NCBI GenBank assembly: GCA_964471795.1
Contig: CAYYHM010000007.1
Location: 1,221-65,220 of the forward strand
DNA length: 64,000 bases
Source: an uncultured Chitinophagales bacterium
GTDB lineage: Bacteria > Bacteroidota > Bacteroidia > Chitinophagales > S012-47
Reading direction: 5' to 3'
The position numbers and the translations under genes were made by a program. This document shows, one piece after another, positions 42,764 through 53,309 of this stretch. Under the pieces are notes generated by a model. That model did no database searches, had not been told where the DNA came from, and was given only the letters and a program-made list of their open reading frames with translations. The number at the start of each line of letters is the position of its first letter. Within the stretch, counting starts at the first letter, position 1.

Positions 42764-44899
42764 ATGGAAAGAAAGAACATTGCCCAACTCGACTATAGCC
42801 GGCTACAAAAAGACTTTGCAGCAACCGATTCGCAAAACGTGTGGACGGCACCTGAGGAAATCGACATCCTGAACCGGTATTCGCCTGCGCTGCTCAGGGA
42901 CTTGCAGCACCTGCACTATGCGGCCGGTATTCCGCCCTTTTTGCGAGGGCCTTACAGCACCATGTACGTCATCCGTCCGTGGACCATCCGCCAGTATGCA
43001 GGATTCAGCACAGCCGAAGAGAGCAACGCCTTTTACAGGCGCAACCTCGCAGCCGGACAGAAGGGCCTCAGCGTAGCATTCGACCTGCCTACGCACCGGG
43101 GGTACGACTCCGACAATCCGCGGGTGGTGGGCGATGTGGGCAAGGCCGGAGTAGCCATCGACTCCATCCTCGACATGAAGGTGCTGTTCGACAGCATACC
43201 CCTCGACCAGATGAGTGTGAGCATGACCATGAACGGGGCGGTGATACCCATCATGTCCTTTTACATTTTGGCAGCGGAAGAACAAGGCGTGAAGCCGGAG
43301 CAGCTTAGCGGCACCATACAAAACGACATCCTGAAGGAGTTCATGGTGCGGAACACCTACATCTATCCGCCCGGTCCGTCCATGCGCCTCATTGCCGACA
43401 TCTTCCGGTACACGGCCAAGCACATGCCGCGCTTCAACTCCATCTCCATCAGTGGCTACCACATGCACGAAGCGGGTGCTCCGGCCCATGTGGAGCTGGC
43501 CTACACCCTGGCCGATGGCTTGGAGTATGTGCGTACCGGACTAGCTGCCGGCTTGTCCATTGACGAGTTTGCCCCGCGGCTATCCTTCTTTTGGGGCATC
43601 GGCATGAACCACTACATGGAGGTAGCCAAGATGCGGGCCGGCCGGTTGTTGTGGGCCAAGGTGATTCAGCAGTTCAACCCCCAAAGCGACAAATCCCTGG
43701 CCTTGCGTACCCACAGCCAAACCAGCGGCTGGAGCCTCACCGAGCAGGATCCCTTCAACAACGTGGCGCGTACCTGCATAGAAGCCCTGGCAGCTGCGCT
43801 GGGCCACACGCAAAGCCTGCATACCAACGCGCTGGACGAGGCCATTGCGCTGCCTACCGACTTCTCGGCACGCATTGCGCGGGAAACGCAGTTGTATTTG
43901 CAGAAAAAGACCAACATCACCCGCACGGTGGATCCGCTGGGTGGTTCGCGGTATGTGGAATACCTCACCGATCAGCTGGTACGTAAGGCGTGGGCGCTGA
44001 TACAGGAGGTAGAAGAGCTGGGTGGTATGGCCAAGGCCATTGAAAGTGGGGTGCCCAAGATGCGCATTGAAGAAGCCGCTGCCCGCAAGCAAGCCCGCAT
44101 TGATGCCGGCAAGGAGGTGATTGTGGGAGTCAACCGCTATCGCCCTGAATCGGAAGCCGAGATACCGATATTGGAGGTGGACAATTCGGCAGTGCGGGAG
44201 AAGCAGATAGCCAGGCTGCAGGAGCTGCGTGCCCAACGCAACGAAGCGGAGGTACAAGCTGCCCTGCAAGCCATCACCGAGGGAGCCCAAACCACCGAGG
44301 CCAACTTGCTGGAACTGGCGCTGGATGCGGCCCGTAAGCGTGCTTCCTTGGGCGAGATCAGCGATGCCATGGAGAAAGTATTCGGTAGATTTACCGCAAC
44401 TACACGTTCCATTTCGGGTGTATATGCAGCGGAGATGAACCACGAAGAAGCATTTGACGAAGTACGGGCGCTGGCCGACCGCTTTGCAGAACTGCAAGGT
44501 CGCAGGCCGCGCATCATGGTAGCCAAGATGGGGCAGGATGGCCACGACCGGGGCGCCAAAGTGATTGGCACCTCCTTTGCCGATCTGGGCTTTGATGTAG
44601 ACATAGGGCCACTGTTCCAAACCCCTGCCGAGGTAGCGCGCCAGGCAGCGGAGAATGATGTGCACCTGATTGGTGTGTCATCCTTGGCAGCAGGGCATAA
44701 GACCTTGGTGCCGCAGCTGATAGAAGAACTGAAAAAGATAGGCCGCGAAGACATCCTTGTGATTGTAGGGGGCGTGATCCCCCACCAGGATTATGACTTC
44801 CTCTTCAAGGCTGGTGTGGTAGGTGTATTCGGCCCGGGTACCCGCATTCCCGATGCGGCTGCGGAGATACTAGAGACTTTGATGAAGCGGGTGGAGTAG
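42764..44899 (+). CDS. scpA: Methylmalonyl-CoA mutase large subunit (B12-dependent)
   Basis: 711 aa. [58 protein letters not shown]-terminal B12-binding domain [24 protein letters not shown]. Confidence 0.95.
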   Translation: MERKNIAQLDYSRLQKDFAATDSQNVWTAPEEIDILNRYSPALLRDLQHLHYAAGIPPFLRGPYSTMYVIRPWTIRQYAGFSTAEESNAFYRRNLAAGQKGLSVAFDLPTHRGYDSDNPRVVGDVGKAGVAIDSILDMKVLFDSIPLDQMSVSMTMNGAVIPIMSFYILAAEEQGVKPEQLSGTIQNDILKEFMVRNTYIYPPGPSMRLIADIFRYTAKHMPRFNSISISGYHMHEAGAPAHVELAYTLADGLEYVRTGLAAGLSIDEFAPRLSFFWGIGMNHYMEVAKMRAGRLLWAKVIQQFNPQSDKSLALRTHSQTSGWSLTEQDPFNNVARTCIEALAAALGHTQSLHTNALDEAIALPTDFSARIARETQLYLQKKTNITRTVDPLGGSRYVEYLTDQLVRKAWALIQEVEELGGMAKAIESGVPKMRIEEAAARKQARIDAGKEVIVGVNRYRPESEAEIPILEVDNSAVREKQIARLQELRAQRNEAEVQAALQAITEGAQTTEANLLELALDAARKRASLGEISDAMEKVFGRFTATTRSISGVYAAEMNHEEAFDEVRALADRFAELQGRRPRIMVAKMGQDGHDRGAKVIGTSFADLGFDVDIGPLFQTPAEVARQAAENDVHLIGVSSLAAGHKTLVPQLIEELKKIGREDILVIVGGVIPHQDYDFLFKAGVVGVFGPGTRIPDAAAEILETLMKRVE

Positions 44900-44916
44900 A
44901 TGGAATGAGTTGAAGA

Positions 44917-44966
44917 GCCTGCCTGCCGTTAGGTCGGCCTGCCTGCCATCATGCCTACAGGCAGGC
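44917..44966. repeat. GCCTGCCTGCC motif cluster and hairpin downstream of the mutase gene
   Basis: GCCTGCCTGCC at 44917-44927 and 44937-44947. The inverted partial copy CAGGCAGGC at 44958-44966 can pair with 44937-44945. The same 11-mer (as GGCAGGCAGGC) forms the core of the heptamer elements at 27096 and 57933. Confidence 0.8.
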
Positions 44967-45028
44967 TAAAGAGGAGAGTAGGAGCTCATTAAAAATAGTC
45001 TGCTAGAAAAGTGCTGATAGCTGTAGAC

Positions 45029-45107
45029 CTGACAGGTTTTCAAAACCTGTCAGGTCTACAGCTATCCAAAATAAACCTCCAAGGTTTCAAAAACCTTGGA
45101 GGTTTGC
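45029..45107. repeat. 79-bp double-hairpin element, copy 1
   Basis: CCTGACAGGTTTTCAAAACCTGTCAGG...AAACCTCCAAGGTTTCAAAAACCTTGGAGGTTT. 74 of 79 positions are identical, without gaps, to 54851-54929. In this copy the first palindrome extends to 45025-45059 (17-bp arms). Confidence 0.95.
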
Positions 45108-45364
45108 CACCAAGTATATCCCTAAGCGGTGTCTTTTCCGAACCGAGCAGGGTAGTCATTTAACCGTTTTGAATCCTGGGCGAGTACCTGGCGCCTTGGG
45201 TATCTCTTAGGCAATAGATAGGAAGGCACTTGGTGGTATAATTTACAGGTTTGGTGTTGTGCTGGTGTAGTTCCCTTCATTCATTGTCCGTTCTCCCTGT
45301 CACCTACATGTTACTTCTTACCGATAGACTTGCATATCAATGAAAAATTCAATTTCTTCATAAC

Positions 45365-46390
45365 ATGAAACACCTCATCCTCACCCTATTACTTGGCTGC
45401 ACTGGCCAACTCACCTTCAGCCAAACCAATAACTGGGCTCCGGTAGGAGCGAAGTGGATGTACAATTACATCTATTGTAATACTGACCCTTACTGTGGAT
45501 ATGCCATTTTTGAATCCATTGGGGATACTACTATTCTGGGTAAAACTTGTCGGAAGGTTCGTAGAGAAGAGGTTTTACTTGACTCAAACGATACCTTTTG
45601 GGCCACAGGCTCTTCTTTTTATTCGGACTCAATTCTTTTTATTTATGAGGATAGTGGGCAAGTGAATGTGTATGACAAAGTCAACAGCGAATTCTTTACC
45701 CTGTATGATTTTAGTTTAGGCGCTGGTGACTCATTAATTATAGCTGATACATTGACCAGCAGAGGCTTTGTAGGAGCGCATTGCAATCCAGCCTGGCCCG
45801 AAAAGAATGTAAGGTTTTGTTACCCCATAGCCTATAAGATTGAAAGGGATACACAGGTGATGATCAATGGTACCAGTCATTATGCGCAAATTCCGGCTCG
45901 TGATGCTTCATATCAGGGGAAACAAAGTGGATTGGGTTTCGGGGAAAATTTTTTACTTGTTGAAGGTATTGGTGCTACTGGTCCCAACTTATTTGGATAC
46001 GATCCTAATAGTCTATTATTATATCCTATGGCTCCAGGCCGCCTTTTATGCTATACCATTAAAGATTCTGTGGTATGGAATGATCCTGCAGTCGATTGTC
46101 TGAATTTAACTACCGTACCTACAATAGAGCAAAAATCAGCTATTGTGGAAGTGTTTCCCAATCCCAACAACGGCACTTTCCAGTTGGTGCTTGAAGAAGA
46201 GGTACTACAAAAGGCGCAGGGCAAAATAGGTTATAAAGTATTGGATAGCACCGGGCGTACAGTCCATACGGGGAATATTTCCTCTATAGAAACCACTGTT
46301 AGTTTACCGGCATTGCCGGCAGGGGTGTATTTATTGCACTTTCCAAGTACAGCCTACAATACTACACCAATTATTATTCAATACCCATAA
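45365..46390 (+). CDS. T9SS cargo protein, unknown function
   Basis: 341 aa. Signal peptide MKHLILTLLLGCTGQLTFSQ. CTD VFPNPNNGTFQLVLEEE...LPAGVYLLHFPSTAYNTTPIIIQYP. Low GC (a sampled line is about 40%). Confidence 0.75.
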   Translation: MKHLILTLLLGCTGQLTFSQTNNWAPVGAKWMYNYIYCNTDPYCGYAIFESIGDTTILGKTCRKVRREEVLLDSNDTFWATGSSFYSDSILFIYEDSGQVNVYDKVNSEFFTLYDFSLGAGDSLIIADTLTSRGFVGAHCNPAWPEKNVRFCYPIAYKIERDTQVMINGTSHYAQIPARDASYQGKQSGLGFGENFLLVEGIGATGPNLFGYDPNSLLLYPMAPGRLLCYTIKDSVVWNDPAVDCLNLTTVPTIEQKSAIVEVFPNPNNGTFQLVLEEEVLQKAQGKIGYKVLDSTGRTVHTGNISSIETTVSLPALPAGVYLLHFPSTAYNTTPIIIQYP

Positions 46391-46402
46391 GAAACACATT
46401 TC

Positions 46403-47995
46403 ATGAAAAACCTTTCTTATATCACCTGGCTCCTACTATCCCTTCAGATCATTCTAAGTGCGCAGGTGCAGGCCCAGCCACATCTTACCAAAACTGATTT
46501 CTTCGGTGGAAGCGGCTATGATGGGATATTTACAGGCTATCCTACTGCCGAGGGATGGCTATTGGTAGCTACCACTACCAGCACTGATGGTACGGTTTCC
46601 TGCACCAATACCAGTGTACGAGGGCATACCTGGGTGATACAATTAGACACTGCTGATCAGGTGGTATGGCAGCAGTGCTACCCACAAAATGAGGGTACAG
46701 TGCCTTGGTTTATTGAGCCTTATGGTGATGGTACGTACATTATTTTTGGCGAAAGCCGGGAAGATACCACCCTATTGCCCTGCCACAAAGGCTCAGATGA
46801 CCTCTGGCTGCTGCATATCGATAGCCTGGGGCAGCAAATCAGCCAACATTGCTTTGGGGGTAGTGCTATTGAAAAGGTATACGACTTCAGGAAAACTAGT
46901 CAAGGTACATACATAGTGGCTGCCCGAAGTCATAGTTCTGATGGTGATTTATCCCCATACTACGCGTCTACCTTTGTAGAAGATGCCTGGGTGTTTGAGT
47001 TGGACAGCTTCTTCAATATCACCTGGTCCTTGCAATGGGGCGGTACTTCCTACGACCAGGCCAATGCCATAGCCGAACATCCACACGGTGGCTATGTGGT
47101 GGCAGCTAATAGCAACTCCAGTGATGGCGATGTATCCACCAATACCGGGAAATCAGACCCCTGGCTATTGCGGTTAGACACAGCCGGGCAGGTAGTATGG
47201 CAAAAGCACTATGGCAAGCCTACCCATGAAGACAATCTGCACCTGCTCGTTGACAGTGCCGGTTATAGCTACCTGGCCATGGAGTCCGATCCGATACAAG
47301 GGGTGAAGGGCGGAGCCGATATCCGGCTAATGAAAATAGACACACAAGGCAATGTAGTATATGATACCTACGTAGGCGGCAACTGGGAGGAGCGTATTGA
47401 TGACTTTAAGTGGCTCGAAGGTAATCTGTTGATTGCAGGGGGTAGTAATTCTACCGGGGATGGTGTACCCGGAAATTATGGTGGACAGGATATATGGTTG
47501 GCCGTTGTTGATACCCAATTGCAGGTGTTACGATCAAATCATTATGGGGGGAGTTCCTCAGACAGAGTTTACAGTATACAAATACAGGAGAACAGAGTTA
47601 AATCATTCGGGTTTACGAAATCGGTTGATTATGATTTTTCAAGTAATCCTTTCAATATTGGACCCAGTGGCAAATGGGTAGGTATATTTTGCGAATGGAT
47701 TTCTTACCCGGTCGGTATTCCCATACCAGATAAGCAAGAATCTATTGGCGTACAGCTATACCCCAATCCCAGTAACGGCACATTCCAATTGGTGCTTGAT
47801 GAAGAGGTACTACAAAAGGCTCACGGGAAAGTAGACTATCAAGTATTGGATAGTACTGGTCGTACTGTCCATACTGGGAATATTTCCTCTATAGTAACCT
47901 CTGTTAATTTACCCGCATTGCCGGCAGGGGTGTATTTATTGGACTTTCCAAGGACAGCTTACCATGCTATACCAATTCTTATTCAATACCCATAA
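46403..47995 (+). CDS. T9SS cargo protein with ~55-60-aa beta-propeller-like repeats
   Basis: 530 aa with a signal peptide. Repeats of the type GG(S/T)xxDxxxxI...GGYxxA..S.SSDGDVS...G..D.WLL.LD..GQVVW. The CTD is 62/79 identical (my count) to that of the upstream gene. Confidence 0.75.
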   Translation: MKNLSYITWLLLSLQIILSAQVQAQPHLTKTDFFGGSGYDGIFTGYPTAEGWLLVATTTSTDGTVSCTNTSVRGHTWVIQLDTADQVVWQQCYPQNEGTVPWFIEPYGDGTYIIFGESREDTTLLPCHKGSDDLWLLHIDSLGQQISQHCFGGSAIEKVYDFRKTSQGTYIVAARSHSSDGDLSPYYASTFVEDAWVFELDSFFNITWSLQWGGTSYDQANAIAEHPHGGYVVAANSNSSDGDVSTNTGKSDPWLLRLDTAGQVVWQKHYGKPTHEDNLHLLVDSAGYSYLAMESDPIQGVKGGADIRLMKIDTQGNVVYDTYVGGNWEERIDDFKWLEGNLLIAGGSNSTGDGVPGNYGGQDIWLAVVDTQLQVLRSNHYGGSSSDRVYSIQIQENRVKSFGFTKSVDYDFSSNPFNIGPSGKWVGIFCEWISYPVGIPIPDKQESIGVQLYPNPSNGTFQLVLDEEVLQKAHGKVDYQVLDSTGRTVHTGNISSIVTSVNLPALPAGVYLLDFPRTAYHAIPILIQYP

Positions 47996-48005
47996 ATCAC
48001 CAATT

Positions 48006-51000
48006 ATGCAAAACGTACTGCTTACCATTTCAGTTATCATGGCTGTTGCCCTGAGCACAACAGCGCAAACCTGGCACACGCTGATGGCCAACCCGGAATT
48101 AGACTATGATTCTGTTGCATCCATCATGAATACCTATTTCACAGAACCACCGGACTCCAGCATACTGGAAGCTCCGGAAAGTGGTGGCACCGGCCCTGCC
48201 AGTTGGGAGAGTGAGGCCACCCATTACTCCCGGTGGCAATGGTTCTGGGAAACTCGTTTAGGCGTTGTAGATAGTCAACCCAGGCAGTTTCAGCCGCTTG
48301 CCGAGGCCATTTTTGACTGGGTAGACAATTATCCAACAATGAATTGTGCTTCGGATATTTTTCAAGCAGATTGGCAATGTATCGGTCCTTTTGAACATGA
48401 GCACCAGCGAATGGGCAGGATAGAAGCCATCTGGGTGGACCCTGCTGACCAAAATAACATCCTGGCGGCCAGCAACAGCGGAGGCCTTTGGCGATACAAT
48501 GCGGCTGGGCCGGTAAACTGGGAATGTATCACCGATGGATCTGGCATACCTGCTTTAGGTATCAACAAGATACTGGTAGATCAATCAGGTGCTGAAGATC
48601 ACATCATTTGCGGTACCGGTTTCAATGCGCAGGGAGCCAATTATTACGGGGTGGGTATAATAGAGTCCACCGATGGTGGAGATACCTGGAGTATAGATGA
48701 AGGATTTAGGGACGTGCTGGTTAGCACTGGTATCGGAAAGCGATTCCGGCAATATTATCCTACCGTAGAAGATGTGGAGTTTTTGCCTGGAAGTAATCAA
48801 CTAATAGCCACCTGTAGAAATCACATTCTCATCAAAGATGCCAATGGCAATTGGAGCCGTGTGTATAGTCATTATGATATAGATGGTAATGGAGATACCA
48901 ATCGATTAGTGGTAAGGTTGCATGATATTGAAATAGTACCTGGTACCAATGGCCAAACTATTTTGATTGGGAGTGCGGATGAGAATGGAAATGGTGGAGG
49001 AGCGGTCTTATTAAAATCAACTAATGGAGGCCAAAATTGGAATCGCGTAATCCTGCCTTCCAGTGCAAGTGAGATGTTGGGTTCTAACAGGGATTTCGAG
49101 TTTCAGTATGGGACAACACCGCCAACACCGCCATATTTTGTTAATTGGTTTGAAGACCCAAATTGGGGGACATCAGGTTGGGAGCACTGGCAGTCGTCAA
49201 CTATCGGAGGCAATAGGGTAGCTTCAATCGCTCCCTTGAATAATGGGAACAATGCAAAACTCATTCGAGGATTTAATAAAGCCATCTTACATGGAGTAGA
49301 GTATTTGCTGGAGTTCGACTATGATATTCCTGTTGATTGCCGATTGGAAATATATTTAACCAAGAAAGACAACCAAGGCCATTATACCCATACCTATTAT
49401 GATGAGTTGGCTTCTGGAAATGGCAGAGCAGAGATTGTCCTTAAGCATTTTGATGGCAATGTCAATACGGGTTATTACTTCTTTAGTCTTCAGCCTGTTT
49501 ATGATGGCTCCCAGGCACAATCGCCAGATAATGTGTGGGTTGATAATTTTAGTCTCAAGTCCAATGTGGCTCAACTGATTTCCATTGAAACACCGGGATC
49601 AGAAAACTGGTTTGTTGCACAGTCCATGGTTGGCTCAGGAAGTGGCATTATAGAATACAATGATTTCGGAAATGGTTATAAGTGGGATGTGATTGCCACT
49701 AATGTTGGAATAGGAAAATTTGCAAGGTATGCGGTAAACACCAGCAATCCCGATATCATGTACCTCGGGAATGTTTATATAACTAAATCAACTAATCGAG
49801 GAAACAACTTTACATCTATCCACCCATCTGGGAATAAATCCGTTCATGTAGATATACGACATTTATCTGTTTATGCAGCTTCGACTGATGGTTTATCGGA
49901 CAAAATATACATGGGTACAGATGGTGGCGTTTCTTATTCGGCACATGGAGGTGCTGTAAACCAATGGATAGATATGAATGGCAACGGATTGGCCATTAGC
50001 CAGTTTTACGGATTTGCCAACCATGAACAAGATGCCAGTAAGATTCTTGGAGGCACCCAAGATAACGGCACTGTCATTACCTATGACAAACTGGAGTGGG
50101 ACATTAAGACAGAGAGTGACGCTTATGAAGGGGTAATGAAACGAAGCGATAATTCCATTTGGTTTATGGAAAAAGGGCCGGGGTGGGACAGGTCTAACCT
50201 TTATAGAACAGACCTTCCAGGTGAAAGAGATCCACCTAACATAAGTAATGAAAATATTCCAGATTTTAGCCTTAACGTAAAGCCTATCGATTACCATTTA
50301 CAACTACAAGACAAATTATTTATTGGTTATCACCGATTTTTTAGGAGCAATGACGATGCTGAAACACCTGCTGGATGGGTAGAATTGAATGCGGATAAAT
50401 CTAAGCCCCTCAAAACCTTTGCACTCGACACCTACAATCCCGATGCGGATAAGTATTATGTGGGATATAAAAGGAGGAGTGATAATGGTGTACTATTGCT
50501 TGGTGAAGGATTTCCAAATCCTGATTGGTCCAATGGAGATAGGTCTTCAGGCTTACCGACTAAATGGTACCCAATTACCGGCATCGCAACAGATCCTTAC
50601 AACTTTGACCGGGTGTGGGTGTCATTTGGAGATATTTCATACAATGAGCATCCGGACGGGGGATTTCGTGGCCGGGTGTCCTACTCTGCCACAGGAGGTG
50701 CGAATGGGGATTGGACGGATATGTCGCAAGGATTGCCACAGTTCCCGGTGAATAAGATCATTTATCTTGAAAATAGCGATGACATACTTTTTGCTGCAAC
50801 TGATGTAGGGGTTTATATATGGAATAAAAATGCAGGGACAAATGGAATGTGGGAGTGTTTTAACCAGGGTATGCCTACTGCCTTGATTACCGACCTCGAA
50901 GTTAATTATTGTACTGGCACATTGCGTGCGGCTACGTATGGAAGAGGAATTTGGGAAACACCTTTACCCAATTTAGATCTGCAAGTCAAAGAGGTAACTA

Positions 51001-53309
51001 CGAACACAGTTTGGAATTTAAAAATGAATTTCCCAACTGATTTAATCATCAAATCCGGCCAAACCCTCACCCTTGGCAGCGATGCCGTACTGAACATGGC
51101 CCCGGGCACCAGGATCATAGTAGAGCGTGGTGGAAAATTGATTGTGGATGGCGCTACCCTTACCAATACCTGTGGCAATTTCTGGACCGGCATCGAAGTA
51201 CACGGCCATGCAGACCAGCCGCACTACAGCCATTATGCTACACAAATAGCCCTGGGCACCTACCCGGTAGATAGCAATGACCACGGGGTGGTGGTAATTA
51301 AAAATGGGGGTACCATAGAAAATGCCCATGTTGGCATTACCAATGTAAAGAAGAATAATGGCGCTATATTGACCCATAGTGGAGGCATCATCATAGCCGA
51401 GGAGGCCAACTTTATCAACTGTTGGAAGGGCGTGGAGATGTACCAGTTTCGCCCCGATAAAGCGGGTTCAGCCTCCAACCCCAAACAAAACATCAGCCGC
51501 TTTACCAACTGCACCTTCAAAACCACCAGCGATTACTTTCATGATGACTATCCACCCACCGATTTTGTCACGCTGTGGGACGTACATGATGTACAATTTT
51601 CCGGCTGTACATTTGAAAATGAAGCCTATGCCGACTTTTTAGTGGACGATAGAGGCAATGGTATCACCTCCATTGATGCCACCTACCAACTGAAAGGCCG
51701 CTGCACAGCTTTTGATACAGACGGCAAGTGTACCACCTATCAGCGCAACAGCTTCTCTCACCTCACCGAGGGTATCAGCTATACGGCTTCTCTGGGGCAG
51801 CCCTTTATCACCTGGATAGACCGCACTGACTTTACCGGCAACGCCATAGGTGTACAGGCCAAAGGTACCCACCACGACTTCCGCGTAACACGCAGCCACT
51901 TTACCTTACCGACCAGTGCCAGTGTGAACAACCGCAGGTGTGCAGGGATAGAGTTACTGGGCAGCACCGGCTTTACAGTGGAAGACAACACCTTTGAGCA
52001 GTCGGCTACTTTTACCGGAAGTGAAAGTAGTGCGGGTATAAGAATAGGTGTATCGGGCCAAAAGGCCAACCGCATCTACCGCAATACCTTTACCAACATC
52101 ACCAACGGTATCTGGGCCGATGACGACAACCGTGGGCTACAGATCAAATGCAACACCTTTACCACTGGCACCATCCACAAGCACGATGTGATTGTATGTG
52201 GCAACTCGACACGCGATGGAATTGCTAAATTACAAGGAGAGTGCAGGCAAGATATATCTGACTTCGACTACTTCTCCGCCCCTGCGGGTAACCTCTTCAG
52301 CCAAAGCCAGGGGGTACAATACAGTGATTGGTACAATGCCACTGCCTTGCCTACCACGAAATACCACCATCATTTTACCAGCACAAGTAATGATCCGCTA
52401 GAGTTGGTTTACAAAAACAATGCTACAAACGAAGAGTGTGTAGCGGAATATGACGCAACTAAGGCCTGTCCGCTAAATCCCATCCTGGATGACGGTAAAG
52501 GCCCCAACCAGCAGATTAGTGAGCTGCGCACCCGCATGGCCGACATCCACACCGAACTGGATGGAGCTCCGGGAGGCGATTATGAAAAATACCTGAACAC
52601 CGAGCGGGAGCTGGCCTTATCCGAAGGTTACAAGCTATACCTGACGCACGACAGCCTGTATGGCCTTGACAGTGCGCGCTACTGGTTGGAGCAAGATACC
52701 AGTGACCTGGCCAAAGCCTTGTTGGTGGCACTCTATGTGCAAGAGGGAGACTATACCCTGGCAGACCAGGCGCTCGACTCCATTACCGACCTGGCCTACA
52801 CGGAAAACACCGGCAAGAGCTATCTGGATAAGCTGATCACCATTAAAAGCACCGATTGGCACTATAGCAGTACGGACAGCACCACCTTAGCGCAGGTAGC
52901 CGCCCTGGCCAACGATAGTACCACCTACGGTTGGCAAGCTTACGGTATGCTGGCGAGTGCCGGCTATCTGGAGTACCCGGTACCGGAGCCGCCTTGTGGC
53001 CCCGGTGCAGTGATCGGCTCCGGCAAGCGGGCTATGGACACGCTGACCGAAGCACCTGCCGCAAAAACTTTCCTGACCTTGCAGCCTAACCCCACCAGTG
53101 GAGGTGTTACCCTTACCTGGGATAGTGAAGGTGAACAAATAGACCTGCGGGTACTGACCCCTCAGGGCAAGGTAGTGTACCAGGCGCAAAGCTGGCCGGG
53201 TAGCGGTACGAGGCAAATAGCCACCCCTTGGCCGTCCGGTATGTACTTCATTGTACTCACCGATGATCAGGGCAAACAGCACAGCACCTCCTTACTGCTC
53301 ACCAAATGA
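48006..53309 (+). CDS. Large T9SS cargo protein: BNR/Asp-box propeller-like N-terminal part plus a probable right-handed beta-helix region
   Basis: Start at ATG 48006 (signal MQNVLLTISVIMAVALSTTAQT). Asp-box-like STDGGDTW, STNGGQNW and TDGGVSYS. Later NxxGI/NTF-type repeats (TFENEAY.., TFEQSAT.., TFTNITNGIWADDDNRGLQIKCNTF) suggest a parallel beta-helix. CTD FLTLQPNPTSGGVTLTW...SGMYFIVLTDDQGKQHSTSLLLTK. Confidence 0.8.
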   Translation: MQNVLLTISVIMAVALSTTAQTWHTLMANPELDYDSVASIMNTYFTEPPDSSILEAPESGGTGPASWESEATHYSRWQWFWETRLGVVDSQPRQFQPLAEAIFDWVDNYPTMNCASDIFQADWQCIGPFEHEHQRMGRIEAIWVDPADQNNILAASNSGGLWRYNAAGPVNWECITDGSGIPALGINKILVDQSGAEDHIICGTGFNAQGANYYGVGIIESTDGGDTWSIDEGFRDVLVSTGIGKRFRQYYPTVEDVEFLPGSNQLIATCRNHILIKDANGNWSRVYSHYDIDGNGDTNRLVVRLHDIEIVPGTNGQTILIGSADENGNGGGAVLLKSTNGGQNWNRVILPSSASEMLGSNRDFEFQYGTTPPTPPYFVNWFEDPNWGTSGWEHWQSSTIGGNRVASIAPLNNGNNAKLIRGFNKAILHGVEYLLEFDYDIPVDCRLEIYLTKKDNQGHYTHTYYDELASGNGRAEIVLKHFDGNVNTGYYFFSLQPVYDGSQAQSPDNVWVDNFSLKSNVAQLISIETPGSENWFVAQSMVGSGSGIIEYNDFGNGYKWDVIATNVGIGKFARYAVNTSNPDIMYLGNVYITKSTNRGNNFTSIHPSGNKSVHVDIRHLSVYAASTDGLSDKIYMGTDGGVSYSAHGGAVNQWIDMNGNGLAISQFYGFANHEQDASKILGGTQDNGTVITYDKLEWDIKTESDAYEGVMKRSDNSIWFMEKGPGWDRSNLYRTDLPGERDPPNISNENIPDFSLNVKPIDYHLQLQDKLFIGYHRFFRSNDDAETPAGWVELNADKSKPLKTFALDTYNPDADKYYVGYKRRSDNGVLLLGEGFPNPDWSNGDRSSGLPTKWYPITGIATDPYNFDRVWVSFGDISYNEHPDGGFRGRVSYSATGGANGDWTDMSQGLPQFPVNKIIYLENSDDILFAATDVGVYIWNKNAGTNGMWECFNQGMPTALITDLEVNYCTGTLRAATYGRGIWETPLPNLDLQVKEVTTNTVWNLKMNFPTDLIIKSGQTLTLGSDAVLNMAPGTRIIVERGGKLIVDGATLTNTCGNFWTGIEVHGHADQPHYSHYATQIALGTYPVDSNDHGVVVIKNGGTIENAHVGITNVKKNNGAILTHSGGIIIAEEANFINCWKGVEMYQFRPDKAGSASNPKQNISRFTNCTFKTTSDYFHDDYPPTDFVTLWDVHDVQFSGCTFENEAYADFLVDDRGNGITSIDATYQLKGRCTAFDTDGKCTTYQRNSFSHLTEGISYTASLGQPFITWIDRTDFTGNAIGVQAKGTHHDFRVTRSHFTLPTSASVNNRRCAGIELLGSTGFTVEDNTFEQSATFTGSESSAGIRIGVSGQKANRIYRNTFTNITNGIWADDDNRGLQIKCNTFTTGTIHKHDVIVCGNSTRDGIAKLQGECRQDISDFDYFSAPAGNLFSQSQGVQYSDWYNATALPTTKYHHHFTSTSNDPLELVYKNNATNEECVAEYDATKACPLNPILDDGKGPNQQISELRTRMADIHTELDGAPGGDYEKYLNTERELALSEGYKLYLTHDSLYGLDSARYWLEQDTSDLAKALLVALYVQEGDYTLADQALDSITDLAYTENTGKSYLDKLITIKSTDWHYSSTDSTTLAQVAALANDSTTYGWQAYGMLASAGYLEYPVPEPPCGPGAVIGSGKRAMDTLTEAPAAKTFLTLQPNPTSGGVTLTWDSEGEQIDLRVLTPQGKVVYQAQSWPGSGTRQIATPWPSGMYFIVLTDDQGKQHSTSLLLTK

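Noticed and set aside
43580-44665. A 361-aa minus-strand ORF inside the mutase large-subunit gene
   Set aside because: It is antisense to a gene with unmistakable methylmalonyl-CoA mutase motifs. Its composition (Gly/Leu/Arg/Gln-rich) has no motif. This is an antisense-frame artefact.
46151-47995. The near-identical CTD pair as a diversity-generating retroelement template/variable repeat
   Set aside because: Substitutions between the copies involve all base types rather than adenine-specific changes. No reverse transcriptase is present in the window.
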